From NCBI GenBank assembly GCA_964018965.1, contig CAXHRY010000011.1:13743-77742 (forward strand): DNA of 64,000 nucleotides, in the 5' to 3' direction. Source of the DNA: an uncultured Alistipes sp. GTDB lineage: Bacteria > Bacteroidota > Bacteroidia > Bacteroidales > Rikenellaceae. Shown piece after piece: positions 57,701 to 64,000 of this stretch (the stretch's first letter is position 1; every line of letters starts with the position of its first letter). The notes beneath the pieces were generated by a model. It had not been told where the DNA came from, searched no databases, and saw only the letters and a program-made list of their open reading frames with translations. The position numbers were made by a program, and so were the translations under genes.

Positions 57701-58038
57701 GGGATAACAAAACTCCTGCGATTCCCGACTTCGTGAATAAGGTGGTCGAGTCCGGCGTAGGTTATCCTTACGTGAACTACAACTACTCGACGGCTCGCGT
57801 AGTCAAGGGCGATTTCATTCGTCTGAAGACTTTGTCGCTGAACTACGACTTCAATTCGGCTTGGGTTGCCAAGAGCCGCTTCTTCAAGACGGCGAGCGTT
57901 CGTATGACGGTCAAGGATCCTTGGTTGATCTATGCGGATAAGGATCTGAAGGGTCAGGATCCCGAATTCTTCAATACCGGTGGTGTGGCCATGCCGACGA
58001 CGACTCAGTTCACGCTTTCGCTGAATCTCGGATTTTAA
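54721..58038 (+). CDS. SusC/RagA family TonB-dependent transporter
   Basis: CarboxypepD-like N-domain, PLWVVDG, LKDAAATALYGARAMNGVVVITTKKG, LTWEK, C-terminal F. Confidence 0.96.
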   Translation: MRKIFTLLIILNLSILSAFAQIKITGTVTDAEDGLPIIGATVVVKGTSVGVVTGAQGDFSLTVPAGKEIVTVSFIGYTEWEGAVTKTQTRLDVKLAKSSTKIEEVVVTGMADVKKETFTGSSVKIKADDVLIAGVSDVSRMLEGQVAGVSVQNVSSTFGSAPKVRIRGVTSLSGENKPLWVVDGVVLEDVVNISNDQLSSGDPTTLLGSSVAGINASDIASFDILKDAAATALYGARAMNGVVVITTKKGSQGAPRISYTGNFTIRTKPRYSNFDIMNSADQMSVYSELERKGLLNQDIVNSANSGVYGLMYKAITSYDPATGFGLENTREARKAFLMQYAKANTDWFDILFTHNLQQEHSLSISTGTDKSRTYASVGFMNDAGWSIADKVNRYTLNFRNDYDISRKITVGFQAVASLRQQEAPGSYQREIDAVSGNWSRDFDINPFSYALNTSRTLRPYDNDGNLEYITMNYAPFNILNELRNNKIELNVMDAKIQGEFKYKIVPGLRFDFTGMLRYVKSDQIHKITEDSNVAGAYGADYNATIRSRNRFLWQNQEDLNAEPISVMDRGGFWNTSNVTMLNYETRASFAYNKVWSGAHTHEFSAMAGAQVKYIKRDTETATQAGYQYNMGGVVYNNPLFYQMMSDRQMDLFSSTTFQDRFVAFYANADYAFDRKYSVSATVRYDGSNALGASSSARWLPTWNLGAKWNAQNEEFLSDVEWLDVLSVRASYGLNASMPSISNAQAVYRNSQVYRPGYTENQIQIESLGNSELTWEKSYQFNAGIDLTLFDNRFNFSLDYFDRQSFDLIAMIRTGGIGGQEWKYANYADLDAHGFDITLGGTMIRTKNWTWSANFTFGYSTNKIKNAKNLPQVLDLVRAEGGNLNGYPVNSLFSIPFVGINPSSGVPYFVNEDGEVSTDVSMQGYDASFLKYEGSVDPKYTGGFNTSVRYKNLTFNAFFTYQAGNKIRLTPAYSSEYSDLDAMSNEFKDRYVLTGDNKTPAIPDFVNKVVESGVGYPYVNYNYSTARVVKGDFIRLKTLSLNYDFNSAWVAKSRFFKTASVRMTVKDPWLIYADKDLKGQDPEFFNTGGVAMPTTTQFTLSLNLGF

Positions 58039-58059
58039 TTTCGGTCGAACCTCAAATTA

Positions 58060-59763
58060 ATGATGAATATGAAAAAACTGATGATATTTTGTTCCGTTCT
58101 GGCTGTTGCGGCCGGGGTCAGCTCGTGCGGCGAGTTCCTCGACCAGGTGCCTGATAACCGAACGAAACTCGATGACATGGATAAAGTGAGAGCCCTGCTG
58201 GTTAGCGCTTATCCGACAATATACCATGAGGCTTTGGAGTTCCGTTGCGACGGTATGATCGACCACCGTGCGACGAGCGACGGTACGCAGCCCGCTGCCA
58301 ATTTCGATTATACGCGTCAGTCTTTCCGTTGGGAAGAGTATCCCAATATCGAGAGTTCGGTGGACGATCAGTCGTATTTTGTCGCTCTTTACAATGCGAT
58401 TGCAGCTGCTAACCACGCTTTGGCTGCCATCGAGAATCTGGGAACGCCCGCAGGATCGGAGACTTCGATCGCCGAGGCCCGTCTGTGCCGTGCCTACTGC
58501 CATTTCATGCTGCTGACGCTCTACTCCAAGTTCTTCGACGAGGCCGGTCGTGAGATTAACCCCGGTATTCCCTTCGTCGACGAGCCGGAGGATATCGTGA
58601 ACAAGCACTACGATCGAGGAACGGTCGCTTCGACGTTCGCTCGTATCAAGGAGGACCTGACCTACGGTCTGCGTTATGTCAGCTCCACGGAGCATACGCA
58701 GCCGAAGTTCCACTTCTCTCCGGATGCCGCCCGCATGCTGGCGTTGCGTATCGCTCTCTACGAGCGCGACTATCCGACGGTTATCAGCTATGCTTCGATG
58801 CTCGTGCCGCAGCCCGTACAGACGCAGACGATCGGAACCAACCGGCTGGATAATACGCCGCAGATAGCTCCTTCGGCTGACGACGTAGCCTATAATACGT
58901 GCGGAAATTCTCTTTTTGACTGGGTTACGGCCTATAACGCCTACTCGTCGTCCGATGCTTTCGGCATTGCTTTCCAGCGTGCATCGAGCGGCCATGTCAT
59001 TCTCGCTTCGGAGCCTTATTCGCTGCTGGATCGTGCGTTCGTGTCGATTGCTTCTTCCCGCTACCAGTATCGCGACTCGGAGTTCGATCAGATCATCCAG
59101 TCCAATGCCACCGGTCTTAAGTGGCGTTTGCCGGCTTTCCTGCTGAGCATCATGCCCGCCGGAGCGCCGAACTTCGTACCGAAATTCTACGAGGACTTCA
59201 AGGTTACGAATATCAATGCCAATACGGGTTCGCCTTATTGCCGTGTAGCACTGTTCCGTCGTGAAGAGGCTATCCTGGCTCGTGCCGAGGCCTACACCAT
59301 GATGGGCGAGTACGACAAAGCGCTGCTCGATCTGTCGATGTACGTACAGAACCGCGTGACGCCTTCGGGTTCGACCGGTAAAGCTTCGATTCGCGAATCG
59401 GCGTTGACCCGCGACAAGGTGGTCGAATACTTCGAGAATGATTTGGCTTCGCTGACGAACTTCGTATATAACACCTACAATGCGACGCGTTTCTCGACGG
59501 GTAAGGATACGACTGAAGGCCGCTTGCAGCGTGCGTTGCTGATGACGGTGCTCGATTTCCGTCGTACGGAGTTCCTCTACGAGGGTTATCGTTGGTTCGA
59601 TATTCTGCGCTGGAACATTCCTGTAACCCACACGATGGCTACCGGCGAGAGCAGCACCCTGACGCCCGACGACGATCGCCGCGTGCTTCAGATGCCTACG
59701 GCCGTAATTCTTTCGGGTGTCGAGGCGAACACATACGAGAATGTTCCTAACCCCTGGAGTTAA
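58060..59763 (+). CDS. SusD/RagB family lipoprotein
   Basis: Lipobox, FLDQVPDNR, EARLCRAY.HF, FRREEAILARAEA, RRTEFLYEGYRWFDI.R. Confidence 0.93.
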   Translation: MMNMKKLMIFCSVLAVAAGVSSCGEFLDQVPDNRTKLDDMDKVRALLVSAYPTIYHEALEFRCDGMIDHRATSDGTQPAANFDYTRQSFRWEEYPNIESSVDDQSYFVALYNAIAAANHALAAIENLGTPAGSETSIAEARLCRAYCHFMLLTLYSKFFDEAGREINPGIPFVDEPEDIVNKHYDRGTVASTFARIKEDLTYGLRYVSSTEHTQPKFHFSPDAARMLALRIALYERDYPTVISYASMLVPQPVQTQTIGTNRLDNTPQIAPSADDVAYNTCGNSLFDWVTAYNAYSSSDAFGIAFQRASSGHVILASEPYSLLDRAFVSIASSRYQYRDSEFDQIIQSNATGLKWRLPAFLLSIMPAGAPNFVPKFYEDFKVTNINANTGSPYCRVALFRREEAILARAEAYTMMGEYDKALLDLSMYVQNRVTPSGSTGKASIRESALTRDKVVEYFENDLASLTNFVYNTYNATRFSTGKDTTEGRLQRALLMTVLDFRRTEFLYEGYRWFDILRWNIPVTHTMATGESSTLTPDDDRRVLQMPTAVILSGVEANTYENVPNPWS

Positions 59764-59794
59764 TAGAACGGTTAATCGAAATTTGTAAAGAAAT

Positions 59795-60763
59795 ATGAAA
59801 ATGAACAGATTATTATATTTCGTATTGGTGCTCAGTTTGGCTCTCGGCACGATTTCCTGCCGTGAGTTGGAGACGATCGACCCCAATATCGATATTCCCG
59901 GCCTGGGCGGTACGGAGGAGATCGAGAACGAGTTGGATATTTGGCTCAAAGAGAATTTTACGGCTCCTTATAACATCGAGGTGGTTTATCGCTGGGATGC
60001 CGCTCAGATGTATACGTCGCTCTCTTCGTCGCGACTGGTTCCCGTCGAGTACGATATCGTAAAGCCGATGATGGCCGCTATCCGCGACGTGTGGTTCGAA
60101 CCTTACAACAAGGTCGCCGGTCCGACTTTCATGAAGATGCTCTCGCCGAAGAAGGTGGTATTGGTCGGTAGTCCCGAGTACCAGTTCGGTTCGATCAAAC
60201 TGGGTCAGGCCGAAGGCGGTAACAAGATTCTGTTGCTCAATGCTAACAACTTCAATGCGACGAACGAGGCCGACCTCAAGCAGATGCTCCACACGATCCT
60301 GCACGAGTTCGGACACATTCTCCACCAGACGGTGATGTTCGACAAGTCGTTCCAGGACATCAGCTCCGGTTACTACGACGCTTCGGGTTGGAAAGAGTTC
60401 GACCGAGGCGATAAGAATCCGGAGGTTCGCAACGACTACAATCCCGAATCGTGGGCCCTGGGTTTCGTGCGTAACTACGCCATGAACAACAAGGACGATG
60501 ACTTCGTGGAGATTCTTTCGATGGTTTGCGTCTACGGTAAGAAGTGGTTCGACGAGCAGGTTTGCGAGGTGGCGAAGAAATCGACGACCAATCCCGATGC
60601 CTATGCGGATTTGCAGGCCAAGCTGGCAATCGTCGAGTCGTATATGCAGACTGTGTGGAACGTGCGGATGTTCGACGATCCGACCGATCCGAGCAAGAAG
60701 GGTCTGGAGACCTATGTACAGCAGGCCGTGGCTCGTGTGATCGAGACGCCTCCCACCGAGTAA
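59795..60763 (+). CDS. Putative zinc-binding metallopeptidase lipoprotein (SusCD-associated)
   Basis: Lipobox, PYNIEVVYRW, G.AEGG.KI, HEFGHILHQ, DDFVE. Confidence 0.85.
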   Translation: MKMNRLLYFVLVLSLALGTISCRELETIDPNIDIPGLGGTEEIENELDIWLKENFTAPYNIEVVYRWDAAQMYTSLSSSRLVPVEYDIVKPMMAAIRDVWFEPYNKVAGPTFMKMLSPKKVVLVGSPEYQFGSIKLGQAEGGNKILLLNANNFNATNEADLKQMLHTILHEFGHILHQTVMFDKSFQDISSGYYDASGWKEFDRGDKNPEVRNDYNPESWALGFVRNYAMNNKDDDFVEILSMVCVYGKKWFDEQVCEVAKKSTTNPDAYADLQAKLAIVESYMQTVWNVRMFDDPTDPSKKGLETYVQQAVARVIETPPTE

Positions 60764-60793
60764 TGTTTACGTAATAAATCGAAATCGTACGGT

Positions 60794-62119
60794 ATGAAAA
60801 AAATTATCAGTATATTATCTTTGGCGTGCCTTTCGCTTGCGGGTTGCGAGACGATTGTGACGCTCGATAACGGTGTCGATGCCCGGTTGGATGCGGTGAT
60901 GAAAGGGTACATCGCGACGCTGGCGGGTGCGGAGAACGGCTGGATGGCCAGTGTCGAGACCTCCGAAGGCTACTATCGTTACCATATGTCGTTCACCGAT
61001 AACAATAAGGTGACGATGTATACCGACAATACCTATTATCCTGAGTTGAACGGTGTGGCGAAGACCTCGACCTACAACGTGCGTGCGTTGCAGCGTCCCG
61101 TCATCGCGTTCGATACCTATACTTACATCCATATCCCCAATGATCCGAACGATAGTATCAGCGGCGGTGAGGACAATATGGGTCTGGGTACCGACTTCGA
61201 ATTCGAGGTCGACAGCCTGGGCCAAGACGGAGTGTTCTATCTGACGGGGCGTGTAAACCGTATCCATGCGACTTTCCGTCCGGCCACGGCCGAGGAGGTT
61301 GCCAAGGTGAAGGAGGGTGCGCTTCTCGAAGTGCTCGATCATGCTGCGGCTTCGTCGGGCGATGAGTTCTACGGCTTCATGGTGGGCGATAAGAAGGTGG
61401 ATGTTTTCTTTGCGTCGCGTGGTATTACGGCGGTTTATCGGGATGCCCAGGGGAGCGTTCGCATCGCCAATGGCAATACCGTAACGGAACTCAACTACGA
61501 TTTGGACCTTCCCGAACCGCTCGTTATCGAGGATAAGAAGCTTGAGGGATTCAAATGGGACGAGGCTACCGGAATGTTCGAGGCTATGATCGATGGCGCC
61601 CCCGTCAAGATGGAGAAATCCGAGGATACGGCTGTTTCGCTGATCGAGATTCTTCAGGGCGATACCGATTATTCTACAATGATTTCAGTCGGCGCGATGT
61701 ATGAGGAAGGCGTAGCCAACCCGATTGCCACGGCATGGAATCGCGACAGTCAGTTGATGGAACGTCAGTGGGGTATTGGGCTCCAGCAGGCTCAGATTAC
61801 TTTTCCGACCTCCGATCGCATGCTTCTCCGGGTTATTTTCGGTGGTGGTTTTCCCGGCGAATTTACCTTTACGGTCGCTTGGGATGAGAACGATTCCACG
61901 CAGTTCAAGGTTACGAAGCTGTCGTTCGATCCGACCTCGGTCGTGGGTTCGAATGGCGAGTACATCTATCAGCTCGGCATGGGTAATCTCGGCAGTTATT
62001 TTGTCGGCAAGACCTTCCAGCTCGTTTGGTCGAAACTTTCGTTCGGTACTTATTTGATGGGCCAGATCGAGGAGGTGACGACTGCTACGCCCGGTATTTT
62101 CTACGGTGCATTGCAGTAG
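60794..62119 (+). CDS. DUF4302-like lipoprotein
   Basis: Lipobox LAGC, L.GAENGW, FDTY.YIH..DP, TDFEF. Confidence 0.8.
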   Translation: MKKIISILSLACLSLAGCETIVTLDNGVDARLDAVMKGYIATLAGAENGWMASVETSEGYYRYHMSFTDNNKVTMYTDNTYYPELNGVAKTSTYNVRALQRPVIAFDTYTYIHIPNDPNDSISGGEDNMGLGTDFEFEVDSLGQDGVFYLTGRVNRIHATFRPATAEEVAKVKEGALLEVLDHAAASSGDEFYGFMVGDKKVDVFFASRGITAVYRDAQGSVRIANGNTVTELNYDLDLPEPLVIEDKKLEGFKWDEATGMFEAMIDGAPVKMEKSEDTAVSLIEILQGDTDYSTMISVGAMYEEGVANPIATAWNRDSQLMERQWGIGLQQAQITFPTSDRMLLRVIFGGGFPGEFTFTVAWDENDSTQFKVTKLSFDPTSVVGSNGEYIYQLGMGNLGSYFVGKTFQLVWSKLSFGTYLMGQIEEVTTATPGIFYGALQ

Positions 62120-62149
62120 TCTGTAATAACCCGAACCGTTGAAATTGGT

Positions 62150-62185
62150 CCGGAAGTTCGCCAGTCGGCGGGCTTCCGGTTTTTT
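62150..62185 (+). terminator. Rho-independent terminator of the susC operon
   Basis: ccggaagttcgcc-agtc-ggcgggcttccgg-tttttt. Confidence 0.8.
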
Positions 62186-62277
62186 GATTTTCAGGGAGAT
62201 TGTTTTCGCAAATCGCGGCTCGGAGAACAGCAAATGGCATTTAGGAGTAGGAATCGCAGTCCGCTTTCAACCAACAA

Positions 62278-62308
62278 AAAAGCTGCAAATCATTGATTTG
62301 CAGCTTTT
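62278..62308 (-). terminator. Terminator downstream of tRNA-Ser
   Basis: aaaagctgcaaatca-t-tgatttgcagctttt. Confidence 0.75.
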
Positions 62309-62309
62309 G

Positions 62310-62398
62310 CGGAGAGAACGAGATTCGAACTCGTGGTACGGATTACTCCGTACGTCGGTTTAGCAAACCGGTGGTTTCAGCCACTCACCCATCTCTCC
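62310..62398 (-). tRNA. tRNA-Ser(GCT)
   Basis: GGAGAGA/TCTCTCC acceptor stem, loop TTGCTAA, long variable arm, GTTCGAATC T-loop. Confidence 0.96.
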
Positions 62399-62520
62399 GG
62401 GCAACCGTTTCAAATGTTATAGCCTCGAAACGGTTTGCAAATATAGAATCTTTTTGGGAAAATTCAAAAAAATGCGGCTAAAATTTCTATATTTGCATTC
62501 CGACCCGATTGACTTGTCCG

Positions 62521-64000
62521 ATGAACCATTTCAGAAACCGATTGTTCGCATGTCTCGCAGCGGTGTTTTTCGCTGCGGTGACATTTTCTTTGCGGGCGCA
62601 ATGCGCGGAGCCTCGCACGTTGAGAAACGTGCTGGAGGAGGTGGAGCGACGATTCGACGTGAGGATCGGCTGCAAGCGTTTCGACCCCGATACCCTTCGG
62701 ATAGCCCATGCCGAGGCGCGGATGCGGCCATATTCTCTTGCGGAGACACTGGACGGGCTGCTGACGCCGCTCGACCTGGTGTGGCGCGGCGAGCGTAAGA
62801 TCACCGTACAGCCGTTCGAGTATTATCGGCGCACGCCGGCCGACGGAGAGAAACTGTTGGCTTGGCTCTCGGCGCAATATGCCGACCGGGAGGCGTGGGA
62901 GCGGCGGCGCGATACGCTGCTGCGCGACGTGCGGCGGCGGCTCGATCTGGGTCCTTTTCGTCGCGGTCTGGTTGCCGATCCGGCGGTGCGTCTGGGCAAA
63001 ATCGTGCGGCACGACGGATACACAACGCAGAATTATGCCCTCGAAACACTGCGCGGGCTCTATGTCTGCGGGACGATCTATGCTCCGGATTCGAAGACCC
63101 CGGTAGGGGATGTTGCGGGCGATGGAGTTCCTGAGGAGCCTGCCGGTGTTAAGCGTGTTTCGGGAAGTGCTGTTTCGGTCAGAAGTACCTCCGAAAAAAA
63201 CGTTGCGGACAAGGGCGCATCTGTCTGTGCGGTTGAATCGGTGAAAACTTCGGGGGTGCCGCCGAACTGCGGAGTCTACAAGCGCCCGTTGATCGTCTCG
63301 CCTGCGGGCCACTGGGAGGGCGGACGTTATCGTCCCGATCAGCAGTTGCGTATGGCTACTTTCGCCCGTATGGGGGCCGTGGCGGTCGATATGGATATTT
63401 TCGGTTGGGGCGACTCGGAGCGGCAGGTGGGGCGCCAAGCCCATACGGCGGCGTACGCCATGCAGATACAAGTGCTGTGGTCGGTCGTCGTGACGGAGTG
63501 GATGCTCCGCTCGCGCGACGATATCGATACGACGCGGATGGCCGCGACGGGCGGTTCGGGCGGCGCGACGCACACGCTGCTGCTGGCTGTGGAGGACGAT
63601 CGGTTCGCCGTGTTGGCGCCTGTCGTGCATTTGGTGTCGCACTTCGACGGGGGATGCCCGTGCGAAAGCGGCCGCCCGGTGGCGCAGGCCGCCGGAGGCA
63701 GTTGCATGCCCGAGATTCTGGCTGCTGCGATGGCTCCTCGCCCGGTACTTGCGGTGAGCGACGGCGGAGACTGGACTGCGACATATCCTGCATTGGAATA
63801 TCCTTTCCTGAAGCGGATATGGGGCTTTTACGGGGCGGAGGAGCGTATCCGCAATGTGCATTTCCCGGACGAGCGGCACGACTACGGCGTCAACAAACGC
63901 CGTGCGGTCTATGAATTTTTCGCCCGAGAGTTGGGACTCGATGCGGACCGAGCCGACGAAACGCGCGTAGAATTGCTGCCCGAGGCGGCTCTCGGCAGCT
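62521..64000 (+). CDS. Secreted alpha/beta-hydrolase, acetylxylan esterase-like (runs off the window)
   Basis: Signal peptide, ALETL.GLYVCG.IYAP, PAGHW..GRYR, TGGSGG nucleophile motif, GGCPCESG, HDYG. Confidence 0.85.
   Translation, partial: MNHFRNRLFACLAAVFFAAVTFSLRAQCAEPRTLRNVLEEVERRFDVRIGCKRFDPDTLRIAHAEARMRPYSLAETLDGLLTPLDLVWRGERKITVQPFEYYRRTPADGEKLLAWLSAQYADREAWERRRDTLLRDVRRRLDLGPFRRGLVADPAVRLGKIVRHDGYTTQNYALETLRGLYVCGTIYAPDSKTPVGDVAGDGVPEEPAGVKRVSGSAVSVRSTSEKNVADKGASVCAVESVKTSGVPPNCGVYKRPLIVSPAGHWEGGRYRPDQQLRMATFARMGAVAVDMDIFGWGDSERQVGRQAHTAAYAMQIQVLWSVVVTEWMLRSRDDIDTTRMAATGGSGGATHTLLLAVEDDRFAVLAPVVHLVSHFDGGCPCESGRPVAQAAGGSCMPEILAAAMAPRPVLAVSDGGDWTATYPALEYPFLKRIWGFYGAEERIRNVHFPDERHDYGVNKRRAVYEFFARELGLDADRADETRVELLPEAALGS

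Noticed and set aside
62310-62398. tRNA-Ser as an island integration site
   Set aside because: No integrase or duplicated tRNA 3' end seen nearby; the flanks look like host genes
1-64000. CRISPR array, rRNA, retron or DGR
   Set aside because: No regularly spaced repeats, cas genes, rRNA-like sequence or reverse transcriptase found by eye

Overview
Bacteroidota (Alistipes/Rikenellaceae-like, GC-rich) chromosome segment in two parts. (1) About 1-25.2 kb is one arm of an integrative conjugative element (ICE). It carries a tyrosine integrase and two HTH excisionase-like genes at the right end, then a mostly minus-strand 'leading-region'-type block (small hypotheticals, several pseudogenes, ParB, ArdC, DUF4121, DUF4120). 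A DNA-damage module follows: a tandem-domain UmuD, UmuC, an antisense TnsA-like nuclease, a SRAP peptidase and a pair of possibly Ku-like proteins, plus SDR oxidoreductases. (2) About 25.3-64 kb is host chromosome: a fimbrillin-like lipoprotein/nuclease locus, lptD, amidase, MlaD, mutS2, murF-alr, RsmI-like methyltransferase, grpE, dnaJ, mutL, rhomboid, EEP, YhcH, M6 protease, ugd, fprA, a SusC/SusD/metallopeptidase/DUF4302 locus, tRNA-Ser(GCT) and a partial esterase. The four most notable observations: (a) the pilin-like lipoprotein and a downstream FN3-nuclease are one reading frame split by a single TGA followed by a GC-rich hairpin (candidate programmed readthrough), downstream of a poly-G leader ORF; (b) a single-chain UmuD dimer in which one domain keeps only the cleavage site and the other only the full catalytic dyad; (c) two ~150-nt fold-back elements with the geometry of Bacteroidota-type ssDNA (Frpo-like) promoters; (d) a candidate heterodimeric Ku-like gene pair. 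All family assignments are by eye from motifs; no searches were run.
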